Positions 34,801 to 46,651 of a stretch of 64,000 bases of DNA are shown here, in pieces; position 1 is the first letter of the stretch, and each line of letters starts with the position of its first letter. Where the stretch lies: positions 7,502,001 through 7,566,000 of the forward strand of contig CM035359.1 of assembly GCA_020137815.1 (NCBI GenBank), read 5' to 3'. A program made the position numbers and the translations under genes. The notes beneath the pieces are model-generated. The model worked only from the letters and a program-made list of their open reading frames with translations, had not been told where the DNA came from and did not search any database. This DNA is from Hormiphora californensis. Its lineage: Eukaryota > Animalia > Ctenophora.

Positions 34801-36457
34801 ACGTCAATCTAGCCACCAAAATGTTCGCCAGACAATTCTCTAGAACACTGGTTTTTGTTAGAACCATTTTGACCGATTTTTCGATGAGTTTTGGTTAGTT
34901 TAATGGAGCCCGGTCATGACCCAAAATCACAGGTGATGCAAAGACAGTGGGACACCCTGTAGTTCGAGGCAGGTGAAAAATCAAACTAATACAAGCCTTG
35001 TGTGAACTGTAACCTAGAATTATTGAACTTAGTTCAATAATTCTAGGTCACACTTCACACAGCTTGGTTATCAATACCTACCAAGGAATGTTTGGCAGGT
35101 CGGTAGAACTTCGACAGAATTTAGGGTAGGTCAATTTAGGGTAGGTCTGAATTTAGGGTAGGTCTGAATTTAGGGTAGGTCTGAATTTAGGGTAGGTCTG
35201 AATTTAGGGTAGGTCAATTTAGGGTAGGCCTGAATTTAGGGTAGGTCTGAATTTAGGGTAGGTCCGTAATGTATCGTTTATCAAAGCATTGCAATTCGAC
35301 ATTAGGTTCTGATTAGGTCGCTGAACCGCGTCCCGTATCTCGTATCTCTTCGATCTTAGTCACCGATTAGGTCGCTGAACCACGTCCCGTATCTCGTGTC
35401 AACTCATTGAAATTCGAGGTTAGACACAAATTAGGTCGCTGAACCACGTCCCGTATCTCGTGTCAACTCATTGAAATTCGAGGTTAGACACAGATTAGGT
35501 CACTGAACCACGTCCCGTATCTTGTATCAAATCATTACAATTCGAGGTTAGACAAAAATTAGATGGCAAACGAATTGTTTTTTTTTTCTTAAACAGGTTT
35601 CAACTCAGGATGGAACTCTTAATAAAGTCTACATGCATAAACTAATCAGTGAACAGTCAAACAGTCCTAATTTCATTTGATGCGATACGGAACACAGTCT
35701 ACCGACCTAACTCAGTTCACCTACTTTAAGTAGTAGGGTAGTGACTGGCTATTTGAAATGGCGGCTAATTTGAAACACCCCCTCTACAGGCCAGCAGTTG
35801 CACCAGAAAAAATCCAAATCTGGTGGACCTGCTGGCCTGTAGAGGGGGTGTTTCAAATTAGCCGCCATTTCAAATAGCCAGTCGCTACTCTACTTAGTGT
35901 CGGTGACTCGAATTTCAATGAGTTGATACGAGATACGGTACGTGTTTTAGGGACCTAATCGGTGACTAATAAGACTAAGATCGAAGAGATACGAGATACG
36001 GGACGCGGTCCAGCGACCTAATCAGAACGTAATGTCGAATTGCAATGCTTTGATAAACGATACATTACGGACCTACCTTAAATTCAGACCTACACTAAAT
36101 TCAGACCTACCCTAAATTGACCTACCCTAAATTCAGACCTACCCTAAATTCAGACCTACCCTAAATTCAGACCTACCCTAAATTCTGTCGAAGTTCTACC
36201 GACCTGCCGAATGTTTACCACTGCAGCTATAAGTATCATTTACCTGTACAATTTTGGCGGATGCTTGTCGGTGCCTGTCCTTGTGGTGCCGGTGATGATG
36301 GTGTACATGGTCCCTGTGTTCTCTCTCCACATCTTCACCTTTCTTACCCGTAAACTTTCCCACGATCTATAGACAGGAGGATCATCGTTTAGAGAAATAC
36401 TGTTTCAACAGTTATACTTCAACAGGCCACTCACGAACGGCAACCTACCGTGGACAT
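20499..36457 (-). CDS. Large multi-exon (>20 exons) coiled-coil protein with Pro-rich and charged regions and a C-terminal IQ calmodulin-binding motif; family not recognised
   Basis: Chain of GT-AG exons from ATG 36457 (MST|IVGKFTGKKGEDVERE) through heptad-rich exons (33699-26981), a Pro-rich exon (~25232-24800), IQ motif AATKIQAVFRGNKVRK (exon 22626-22381) and last exon 20567-20499 (VSRSSRQNSRAGGRKKSIFKR*). Not every junction phase was checked. Confidence 0.75.
20706..22281. mobile_element. 1.58-kb foldback element with ~360-bp inverted arms (CACCCGCAG termini) enclosing a FLYWCH-coding core
   Basis: 20706-20926 plus 21043-21241 mirror 21925-22281; the arms contain their own hairpins; no clear TSD. 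Confidence 0.82.
21662..21922 (+). pseudogene. FLYWCH zinc-finger coding segment inside the foldback element (no ATG in this exon, so absent from the ORF track)
   Basis: Translates VEEVLPQDDTVNVVLGNSGGKQLAVGGQLFVRDGKPRALKSGALVVYWYCNKKRTQGCKARLRTTEHYETEERSSFLTPILSHLHP*; preceded by TTTCAG, in phase with donor C|GTAAGT at 21410. Confidence 0.72.
23896..23938. mobile_element. 43-bp mini-element, CTGTCTGG...CCAGACAG family
   Basis: Flanks GTTTAGTC / GTTCAGTC (8-bp TSD, 1 mismatch). Confidence 0.6.
24201..24556 (-). repeat. 7 copies of a ~53-58 nt unit containing the exon end and 5' splice site of a host-gene exon
   Basis: Minus-strand unit ...GGGCAAAGTAGCTGAAGAGCAG|GTAAATAGGGG...; the real donor is at 24532/24531. 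Confidence 0.88.
25605..26947 (+). mobile_element. Putative Helentron/DINE-1-like non-autonomous rolling-circle element
   Basis: Subterminal IR AAAGGTGACCC (25639-25649) / GGGTCACCTTT (26917-26927) followed by hairpin TGCGCT-TGCC-AGCGCA; 5' inverted duplication (25605-25675 vs 25926-25993) around (CT)n; internal (TATG)n. Confidence 0.5.
30354..32078 (-). CDS. Single-exon 574-aa FLYWCH zinc-finger protein (Ser/Pro-rich N-half), nested on the same strand in host intron 30102-32510
   Basis: Uninterrupted 1.7-kb ORF; GKQVSYKGYLY...WNCAHC...RLVM...HDHPP fits FLYWCH (MULE-associated); no DDE domain seen. Confidence 0.75.
   Translation of the reverse strand: MNTTFALPNLSLDNSFGTPSRLDKSFITPSANDSSILDLDMTLPEFSFSPSPPSRDCLSPEVAMPPWPSSADPSPPSITADPSPTGQTTTETSPDSTLDLSPHSAVLPDPPKSDSPQYSERIRMIFADSESESEEDDNDNDGDDDAESEISFDEPMPEPPTPLPLDVPSSPAAVPLPTQVPSSTISPYRIPAEGDSHTTTSYIPPPPGFQDSITDDDSSTARYLPDPSNMVSTTAGPSATTSHAVSTAATSSSPTSPTRPSVNHPPPPSPPQPSPPRPLGSRKGKGKQVSYKGYLYKHGYYYADGNIGWNCAHCKLGRLVMSRCMTYIEERRDHDHPPNPDEVTIAHIYHRIWTDESFYSVKCGLTYLTYSDVRDFLKGESESVRKLISKDDEYEFIRILQKRSKVVRDRINREWRDEEREIEERAVVQPVTSTSSSASKRQRDESDIVQKASIQSTSVNPPSKRQKRDEPCMVETGATAEIEKVRESVIRDTTASVANRDQGPSVILTLQSPTLPTVQTGATEKCSPVSTTTTVRSEKDSVSRSESAVTDIAKECLKKSETVVKTSFRLMLHV
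33757..34959. mobile_element. 1.2-kb Tc1/mariner-type non-autonomous element, ~370-bp TIRs, TA TSD
   Basis: TA|CAGGGTGTCCCACTG ... CAGTGGGACACCCTG|TA. Confidence 0.9.
35094..36208. mobile_element. 1.1-kb non-autonomous DNA transposon, GGCAGGT termini, 8-bp TSD (Merlin-like), foldback
   Basis: TIR GGCAGGTCGGTAGAACTTCG plus 17-nt (GAATTTAGGGTAGGTCT)n arrays; TSD GAATGTTT at 35086-35093 and 36209-36216; central hairpin ~35733-35894. Confidence 0.9.
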
Positions 36458-36607
36458 CTTTGTTTAATTGCAGGGACAATCAATGCACCCTCTCCAATTT
36501 ATCAAACACACAACACAACAAATATCTAGTCCGGCTGTCTGTCCTGAATCAAGTTGTGAGCTTACACAGACGAAGAACGTTTTTGTGCAAGCTCAGGGGT
36601 GTGTAAA

Positions 36608-36636
36608 GAGAGATAGAGAGAGGGGGAGAGAGAGAG

Positions 36637-36726
<90 letters not shown>
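36608..36726. repeat. (GA)n microsatellite
   Basis: Direct reading. Confidence 0.95.
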
Positions 36727-36730
<4 letters not shown>

Positions 36731-36955
36731 TGAGAAGAGGAAATGATGTTGTAACAGCATCGATAACAAAACTTAAACTCTGATAATTTAAAAAAGTCAC
36801 ATTTTCACGGTTTTCAAACTCTTCAATTAGTGTTCTTCAAGTGTCAGGTCAGTATTCATATCAATCATCTCAATCTAGCTTGACAGTTGACAGAGTTTTA
36901 TTATTCTCTCAGGCCCAGAACATCTCAATATACCGGGTTGTTCACTCTCCAGCTT

Positions 36956-38184
36956 CTATCTAGTTGTCCCGAAGTGATCCTCAGTGGTTGTTCTTGTGGG
37001 ATCATGTCGGTGCTTCCCCGTCACTCTATTCTTCGTCCTCATACCTGGAGAGATTGATCATATTGTAATCAAATTGTAATCATATTGTACTCATATTGTA
37101 ATCTCTACCTACAGCTGCAGCTATAAGCGGGATACATTCATAGAAACTACCAACGGATTGCCTCGGTCGACTCCCTCTCTCCTACTGGGCAATTAAAACC
37201 AATAAATTAACTAATCACATCGCCATGATACCTGGTAAAGGCCCACTGACAGGTCCCTTGATGTGCTCCACATTATATCCGTGTCGAGTGAAGGAGTTCA
37301 GTACCAGCTTCTCTTCTAGCATCTCTGTAAACGAATGAGTAGGGAGCTGGGAGTGCAGGGGAGTTAGAAAACAAGTGCGATAACTAAAACGAGAACACCT
37401 TGAAACTGTTGTACTCGTACCAGGTTTGGTAGATGAGGTTGGTCTGCTGACTGTTCTCACTGGTGTGCTGCTACTGACAGGATCTACTGATATAACCTCA
37501 CCTGAGGATGGAGCTATACAAACCGTTATAACTGCATTAAATAAAGGTAGAAAGCTATATCTTGGGTTTGTGTAACTGTACAAAAAAGAATGGCTCCCTA
37601 TAATTACAGGTCCCATTACATAACTATGCAGGAGTCTGTCATTATGGGAAATTAAAACATTATAACAAACCTGTAACCGTGTCATATTTTACTCTGGCAA
37701 GGAACTCGGCAGGCCTGTTAACTTCTGGAACCCCAAACATTAAGTCAAGATCTCGGTTTGGGATGGGAAAACTATCTCTACATGCCCTAGGGAGGAGAGA
37801 GAGACATTTACAATCATTTTCGTCTAGTTTAGAAAGAAATGATTTACATTTTACATGGGGTTTTGAAAAGGAAAGGCATGGTCATCGAAGATAACACAAC
37901 GATACCAACGGCATAAAAATTCAAAACATAACAACATAAATAAACACAAGCCAGAAACTCAAGATCTCCTCCCCTTCTCACCTGGGAGGATGGCTGGTTG
38001 TAGTGGATGGTCTGCTGCCCCCACTCCTCCTTCCTCCTCCATCTCCCCTCAGGTAGGTCCTCCCATAGTTAAACTGGTACTCAGACGGCTCACAAGGATG
38101 CCTCATGGATCTAGGATCTAACCACCGGGTACAGAGATAGTAAAACATAGTGTGTGAAGAAGTAGTGAGTGATGCTGCTTCCAT
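36956..38184 (-). CDS. Hypothetical protein (~190 aa, 5 exons: approx. 38184-37982, 37786-37671, 37501-37421, 37325-37231, 37044-36956)
   Basis: In-phase GT-AG exon chain MEAASL...YQFNYGRTYLRG...FGVPEVNRPAEFL...FTRHGYNVEHIKGP...HFGTTR*; no family recognised. Confidence 0.6.
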
Positions 38185-40149
38185 TCTCTATCTCTCCCTT
38201 TCCCTCTCTCTTTTTCTAGCTCCATTCTCCCTCCATCCCTCTCTCTCTCCCTCCCTCTCTCTATCTCTCTCTCCCTCCCTCTCTCTCTATTCCCCTCTAT
38301 TCTTGTTTTGTGGTAGTGTGTGCTTGATATGAAGTAGCTTCTAGTTTTTACAACACAATAGGGACAATAGATCGAGAGAGATTAATAAAATCTTCATCTA
38401 GATTTGAGAGAGTGCTGTGGGCAAGAGAGGGAATTTGAAAAGAGAAAGTGAGTCATTAAATTGTACAGTCAACAAACTCAGATATATTCCAACATGAATG
38501 AATAAGAAATCATATTAGAAACACAGCAAGTGAAGCAAGTGTGTGTGTTGACACTGTGTTATTATACCCCCAGCATCTCTCCTCTCTCTCCATGTCTTTA
38601 ATATCATATTACTTGGTTGCCATGGTAACCCCTCCAACAAACTATGTAGGAGGATTGGAGGAACTATAATGATTTGTTAGCCAAACAGACAAAGATGAAC
38701 ATTTTGGAGTGTAGACCATGCAATCGAATAGCGGAAAGACCATTATTATTACAGTCCGACCCCGATTTAACGGGGATACTCGGATGAAATGGTTTTGTCC
38801 AGTATATCGGTGTGCCCGGTATAAATCGTGGTCAAATGCTGTTGGTATTTCCTGGCAGTGTTGCTCCGTCATACTGGCCGCCCGGCGCCCACACAACACC
38901 CCCCAAAGCGTTGAATGCTTTTTTGCACGTTTTGGACGTCATGTCATCATGGCGCTGTGCGGCCAGTATGACGGAGCACCACTGTCAATGACCAACAGCG
39001 AGTAGACTGATTAACACACGTCACCTGTTACACTGTAATATCTTGACAAGATCGACTAAACAGCAGGTCATTTTACAATCAGATTAGACCAAATCAGCTG
39101 TTATAGCGCGTTGATAGTGCATTATAATAGACAATATAGTGCAGATATATTCTATATCTTTCTTTCTGTTTATCCTTCCTCGTCCGATCCATTCCGACAG
39201 TAACATCCTCCTTCTCAATTACTCTCACAATATGGAGCTATACACATTGTCGCCCCTTCTTTCATTTTAATCCCTACCGGCTACCCAGTCAGATAGACGC
39301 CAACACAGGAAATACGTAGTTAGACTGGGTGGTATATCTACTCTTGTAAATACGTATAGATTCCATATCTTCTAATGTAGTTGTTGCAGATATTGTTAAT
39401 TCGTTCAACATAGCACGCCTTCTATTGCGTCAATAACCAGTTTCGGTCAACAGCAGACGTCTGTAGCAGGGTCACGCCTCAAATCTGCCTTTATGACGGA
39501 ATATATTACAAGCTGCAGTATATCGCTTACAATGATATCATCAGGGGTGATAACTGCTATATAGTTCCTAATTTGGTATCACACTGAAATAAGGGCGTGA
39601 GTAGAGCTGATATATTTTTAGGGTGTTAACAATTGCACCACAACAAGTTGTCCACTTTTTATAACTTGTCAAGTGTTGCCAGCTGCACTGTTGCGACTGT
39701 TGTTTCATGTGTGCTAGTTGGCATGAGAACAGGCTCAATATATGCTATCATGCTCGTGAAAATTAGTGTTAATTAGTACTGAATCAGGGGGAATTAATTA
39801 TCACATTCAAACAATACGTCCTTTCACGTGTATGGAATACTTTACAATTTACAGCTTCCAAGTTGCGGCTATCCGGTCCTATTCCAATTGGACCCTGAGC
39901 CTGCACAGAGGGGACCAAGTTGTTTACTGCAGTCGCCTGTCGCAGACGCTGAAACTCCGTATAAGATTCACAGCTTAATATCGTGAAATGATGTTATTCC
40001 GATAGCAGCTGTCAGCATGAATGTGAAAGAGATTTTTCGAGAAAATAACATGACATGTATTGTGCAATTAAAATACACCACGTGTAATTAAGAATACCGA
40101 ATAAACGTATTGTTATGATCATGATAATTAGTAATTCGTCATGATAGTA

Positions 40150-41005
40150 CAGTCGGACCCCGATTTAGTGGCCCCCGATTTAGTGGCACCCCGATTTAGT
40201 GGCAGGATTTTTTTCCCCCAAAATTATTTTGAATTTTTTTTTGTGAAATTTTTTTGAAAATTTTTCAAAGGAATACCAGCCACGTCCGAATCGTGTTTCG
40301 AATCAGTTAATCTTATCTCATGTCCTGCTGCTAATTAGACGGTTCGGAACGAACCGATACGTGATCCGATCCCCATGGGGCCATTGAATCATAAGTTCAC
40401 CAAGCGTCAAAATTTCGATTCGATGGGGATCACGTTTCGATTCGTTCCGAACCGTCTAATTAGCAGCAGGACATGCGATAAGATGCACCGATTCGAAACA
40501 CGATTCGGACGTGGCTGGTATACCTTTAAAAAATTTTAAAACTTTTTTTGGAAAATTTTACAGTACGATTGTCAATGCTTTGATCGGTGCTCCCCATAAA
40601 TTTTGAGAGAAAAAGTTATTTTGAAATTTTGATACTTACTCACCCGCTTAGGGTGCCCCGATTCGGCATGGTATCACGTATCGGTTCGTTTCGAACCCGC
40701 TAATTAGACAGGACATCCAGGAAGCTGCACCGATTCGAAACTCAAATCGGACGAGCTGGTATAACTTCACAAATTTTTTGAAAAAGTTGTTCTATATAGT
40801 TTTCTATTTCTAATCAGAAATGTTCATGTCATCAATACATGAATATTGCATATAACAGTTAGAGGTGTCTTTAGTCTTAGTATAGCATTTTGGGCATAAA
40901 ATAGGTTTTTATGGGCCAAATATGGCTCACCTCGATTTAGTGGCACCCCGATTTAGTGGCAGGATTTGTTTCCCCCGAGGATGCCACTAAATCGGGGTCC
41001 GACTG
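40150..41005. mobile_element. pogo/Tc1-like MITE, TA|CAGTCGGACCCCGATTTA termini
   Basis: TIRs with repeated CCCCGATTTAGTGGC, TA TSD, internal inverted repeats; related to 59600-60472; short relics near 9772-9840, 27421-27463, 38751 and 51040-51066. Confidence 0.9.
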
Positions 41006-41318
41006 TAGTTGGAATTTGCATTATGAGCTGCTGCAGAGAAGGGACGCACCAGCTCAGTACAGAGGATCATTGCGTTTATAATAGAGAGATGTTCCCCGGG
41101 AATCGTGATCAGTATTAATTTGCATGAGGAAACCTGAGATGCACTTCTCATAGGAGTAGTACACCACTGAGTAACAATACATGTATGATGTAAGTGTTGT
41201 AGTGGTATTATAGGAGAGACTGTAGAGGTGATCCAGGGGTAGAGAGATCGGAAAGAGAGGTGATTACACGCTGTAGTTTTTGTGCAACTGCTCGTCCTTT
41301 TATAGTTCTCTAGAGTTT

Positions 41319-41499
41319 CAGTGCTGCTTGTAGTCGCATTACCGTAATGGAAATACAGTAATGAGACGCACACTTTGCATAACGCGCGGCAAAAAGTACA
41401 TTTGTTCAGCATGTACTAGCACCCTGATTGGCCACGGTTGCGCGTCGTCTTACTGTATCTCCGTTTTCCATTACCGTTTTCCCACTACAAGCGACCGTG
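41319..41499. mobile_element. ~180-bp MITE-like dispersed repeat, copy 1
   Basis: Imperfect TIR CAGTGCTGCTTGTAGT / ACTACAAGCGACCGTG; closely similar copy at 53630-53809. Confidence 0.75.
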
Positions 41500-41995
41500 T
41501 TTATTGTTGGATCAGGAGTAACGTTTTTTGGAAATCCCCCAAAATCCAAATCTCATCACTCACCAATGACATGCCTGTGTGTGTGTGTCCGTGGATGTAG
41601 TGTGTGTGTCTCTCTCTCTGTGAAGAGTCCTATCACACTTCGGTATACAACACATCTCAAGCAATGCAATCTGTGTTATGCGATACCAGCTGGAGCCTTA
41701 AGAAAATGTTTTACGAAATGTTCCCAGCCATTACAAAGGCATGTTTCTGAACATACACCTCGTTGCCATGAAGGTCTCATGTTTCATGATGAGATTTTAG
41801 ACTTGTGTTGATCCAATTCTCCACTTGTAGAACGTGGCTCAGTGTTGTTATATGTTGCAACTCATCTTGAAAACAATATTTCGAACCGGCGAACCCCTGC
41901 TTCTTTAACAGTTCCCTGGTTCCCAAATTAACTCGTTTAATATTTCAACAAACCAGCATCATTTTATTTTGCGCCGGCGGGGATGATAAACCCGG

Positions 41996-42101
41996 ATAAA
42001 CTATATTATCGGTATGGCCGCTATACTCTGCCACAACTTCAAGTGCTTAAGCACTTGAAGTTGTGGCAGAGTATAGCGGCCATACCGATAATATAGTTTA
42101 T
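41996..42101. repeat. 106-bp perfect spacer-less palindrome centred on TTAA
   Basis: ATAAACTATATTATCGG...AAGTGCTT|AAGCACTT...CCGATAATATAGTTTAT, 53-bp arms. Confidence 0.92.
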
Positions 42102-44110
42102 GAATTCATACTACTCTAGCGGCTTGCCCCTTCAAATCTTGGATAGGCTGGCACTCATGAGTTTTCCACATTAGGGCATTCCATTTTCTAGTTTTTCTGA
42201 TTTCAGATTTAGGTACCGTAATAATTAATATCTCTCTCGAGGGAGATACCTCTCTCGAGGGAGATAGTTAGTTGATCTGTAAACCACTCCACGTAATTTT
42301 AAGTGTTATAGTGTCTGAGAGGCTAACGATGTGCCCTTGCTATCATATTACGAGCCTACATTGCCACGATTGGCTTTGTCAAGTCACACACATCCATCAT
42401 AGCGCCTAGCAAGTAGGTACCTAAAACCTCAAGCATAGCATTAGTAATAGTAGGCGCCTAAATTAGTACACGACGTAGCTATAATGACTTGTAGAATGTA
42501 TATCTAGAGGTTCTTGTGGCTTTGTCCAACATTCGATTGATATTTGATGATTTAAATTCGGATACCTCTTCCCCGCCCTTGTATGTATATTTTTGGAAAA
42601 CACATCATCTTTCGGGGCCGTGACATTACCACCACAGTGATATAGATTAGCTCATCATTGAAGAGCTTCCTTTTTGATCTGGTGCATCTTTATGATGTAT
42701 CCAAGGTATCACATTACAGCTGCTGAATGTTTGTTCACTGCCCGTTCTTTGTTCTTGTCATCTCTCAAAATATATTCCCATCCTACTCATCATGGCGACT
42801 ACTATCTTACCTATATCTACTCTGTGTTGCTTTTTGAAAAGTGGTCGTACTATCGGCTGAATCTGAGTGATGTTTTCAGAAAATATTCAGGCACATGCTC
42901 AAAACAGATCTGTAATTGTGAATACTAGTTAGGGTATTTAGCACCTTTTCAATCTGATTTCAATTTCGTCCGTAGGATAATAGGTAGCTCTGCTCGTAGG
43001 GAAGTGACATCATCTCGAAGCATCGTTTCTTTGTACCAGTCTCACTTTCTCCCTACATGTTATGTTGGAGCGCTAACTGTGCCCAGCTTCATCTTCGACC
43101 TACATGTGCCACATTGGATTTGTAAAGACAAATAGTCATGCGATGGTGCAGCTAGGTTACAAGACAAAGCATTACTGAAAACTTAGGCGCTCAAATGTAG
43201 CCACGAGATTTACATTGACTGTAGAAGTAATGAGGCTTGGGACTTGGTAACATCAGATATGAGATTGAAATTGGTCGTTGAACACGTGTTGGATATCTGG
43301 AATAACATATTTCTAGCCTGACTCCCATGATCAATAGATTAATCATATGAAACTTGCCGAATTATTTGGTGAAGATCTAGATCTGGGACAGAGTAAGATG
43401 CACTGAAGAATTGAATCTCCCCTTGGTCCCAACTTCACCGGGAGAGAGTTCCAGTCACTTAATATTGCATGCAAGTGAGTCATAGGTGATCTCTGTTTAC
43501 ACAATTGCTTCGAGTGAATATGTTGAAGAGTTATTTTGAGGCACCTACTTTCCAACATCTAGAATTTAATCTTTTCCGTTTCCCAGCTTAATGTGATTTA
43601 CTATCAGCCCCCTCAGTCATTTGTCTGCTGCTGTGGGGTCCTATATGACAAATCATCAAAGACATCGATTCTTCTTTTTTCCCCGTATCTTCTCCGCATT
43701 CATAGTTTATTTTGGTGCTGCCATACAAAACATGAATTCCCCACGCCCCATCCTTGCCCTCAGTCCTCACATTGGTTGAACCATTCATGCATGATACTGA
43801 AACAAATTAGCTGCGAATGGGGGTCAAGGCTAGAGCGGTGAAAGACAAAGGGATTACTAGAGAAACAGACTTACGACCATCGAAATCGTGCCACTGTTCA
43901 CCATCTGAACCGTGAGATAAAATGAGGTTAGACTAATAGAGACAGAGAACGAGATAATAAACTGGGGAAAGGGGAGATACGGAGAATAAGACGTTCTTAT
44001 CCGATCCAGGGTGCGAATATTTAATAATGATGAATTGCCCGCCGAATTTATTTTTCAAGATACAATTTGGGGAGAGGTATAGGTCACAGAAAAGAACTCA
44101 TGCCATAGAT

Positions 44111-44136
44111 CTGTCTGGCTCCGCGACACCATACAG
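44111..44136. mobile_element. 26-bp mini-element, CTGTCTGG...CCATACAG family
   Basis: Perfect 8-bp TSD CCATAGAT on both sides. Confidence 0.65.
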
Positions 44137-44884
44137 CCATAGATCGATAATTGTTGAATTGAACGAGGCCACTCACTTATAATACACTCACGTCTTTGAA
44201 AAAAAGAAGAAGTGAGAATTGTCCAATTTTAGCATCTGTTTCCCAGTGCACTTCACACATGTGTAGCTCTCTGTGTGCTATAATTCTTAGTGAACACAGT
44301 CATAGAAGATAGCGAGAGTTTATTAAGAAATAGAAGATAGTGAATTATAATGTGTGTATTGACAGCAGTTTATTCTTCTTTTGTAAAGCAGATCTGTTGC
44401 GAAACACAAAACATAGATCTGGTGAAGTGCGTTCTGGCCGTGAGCTTGTTTATTGTTGTTGTGCTCTTCTTCTTCTTCTGGTTGTTGTGCTCAGTGGTGC
44501 ATAGATCTGATTCTGTGGACAAGGGGTAAAACATGAATTTTGAGATATAGAGAGAATTCTTCGAGAAGAAATATAAATATTCAGCTAGCAGCCAGAGCTA
44601 GATAATCAAGATTTTGTTTTGATAATCCCTTCATTCTTGAGATCAGTCTTGTTTTTATTATGTTGTTCCTGCTACAGTATCGCTTCTATTCTCTTCCCTA
44701 GCCAGAGAAGTATTGTCTGGTACTTGCCTGTAATTCCCTTGAATTCTTAAAATTTTATACTACTGTTTCGTACCGTATAATATATCTTTTATTACAACTT
44801 ATTGTGTCGTCAGTTGATATAACAACACTCTAATTTTATATGGCAGGAGCTAACAACAACTGAGACATAAATCCATAGCCACAA

Positions 44885-45080
<196 letters not shown>

Positions 45081-45674
45081 CGAATACAGAAAATTTGAAA
45101 AGGAGCTTGCTTTGTTGTGGCTGATAATTAATGACGCTGCTAACAATTTACAAAGTAGACAGTTTGGTGTTTCACATTCCTCTTTCCAGCCTCTGTGATC
45201 ACGTCAACAACAGTAGTTCTCCTTGACCAAAATAATAACGTAATATAGTTTGCCTTGTACCGGAGAACTTATTGGCAAGTTTTTATTGTTACTATATAAA
45301 CACCCATGGTATTTTGGCTGCCTTGTGTGTTCAAGCTACATAGATCAGACAAACTTTCAAGATTCTCACCATTCTCTTCCTTTCTTCTAAAACTGCTCTC
45401 GTTGTCTGCTTGTGAAGGGTAGTAGTAATTTGTGATGACATGATACAGCCCTTTATTTCGCCTTTGATCTGTTCTTTGCAATACTGCAGGTCTCAGATTT
45501 GATATTTGTTTTGATACTTGTTTGTGTTGCATTGCTAGATATTTTCAAATCGGAACAATAATATCTTCTCTGGCTGCTATTCTCCCTATTTATTCCTCAT
45601 CAGACCTCATTCATGATCTCCTCCTCAAACCACTATTTTCAAACTAACAAATTGATCCCCACCATCCTAGAGTG

Positions 45675-46651
45675 ATGTATTTGATTCAGCTGCTTCTTCC
45701 CCTGCTCCTGTCCCACCTAGCCCTGTCTCTGGTATGTAACCAGTGCTTTGTGGTGACATCTGGGAACACTACCACCCTCTACACTTCCCTACAACAAAAA
45801 CTATACAGGTATGTAGTGTACTGCATCATGTAGATGTTGTTTCTAGAGTTAGTCAGTATCAGTATTAGTATAAAGTGGGGTATTGTGGTAGATCCTATTT
45901 TCAATGAGTTACACAAGATTCTTGTAGAAAAAATTCTAACCCTGCCTCTCTCCCTAGTTAAAGTAACGAACTCTCTCTCTCTCTCTTGTAGAAAAAATTC
46001 TAACCCTGCCTCTCTCCCTAGTTAAAGTAACAAACTCTCTTCCTCTTCTTCTTTTAGAAAAAAATAGAATCACTCTAACCCTGGTAATACCCCTCCAGAG
46101 ATGGCACAGTGATACCGTCCAACTCCCAAGAGGATATCTTGGCATCCTGCCCAAATACAACCTGTGCCTACAGCTGTGTATCTGCACACAACTCGGGGGA
46201 CTACATCCCCACATCCCAGATAACCCCAACCACAGAGACGTTCACAGGGGACACCCCCGCACCCCCTGAACCCATCCTCCACACATTCGACTATCTGCTC
46301 TGTGCAAACATTGACTCTATAGACCCGTGTATGAGTTACAGTGAGCTGAGAGGGGAGAAGTGTAAAGTAGAGGAGTGTGAGACTGACTCCTGTAATGGAC
46401 CTGTCAAGAATAAAGACTGGAAAATGTTGATTATCTTTGTGACAACAGGAGCTATCTCTGTGGCTGTTTGTCTCTTTATTTGTCTGGTTATATTCCGACA
46501 TTGCCACCAGCTTAGAGAATCAGACACATACACACAGATTGGGAGGGTTTCCATACGGAGGAAGACAATTCAAGGATCGGTGAGATTTAAAATTGGGTTT
46601 GTTAAGAGTGAGATTACACGACTTGAAACTGATCGTGATGTAGAGAGTTAA
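45675..46651 (+). CDS. 228-aa type I membrane protein with a Ly6/uPAR/three-finger-like ectodomain; exons 45675-45808 and 46099-46651
   Basis: Signal peptide MYLIQLLLPLLLSHLALS, then LVCNQC ... CKVEECETDSCN, one TM (MLIIFVTTGAISVAVCLFICLVIF) and a ~50-aa tail; 687 nt in frame. Confidence 0.78.

Noticed and set aside
43343-43558. DWNSLP motif suggesting a LINE reverse-transcriptase C-terminus
   Set aside because: Single short motif with no RT core or tail recognisable nearby.
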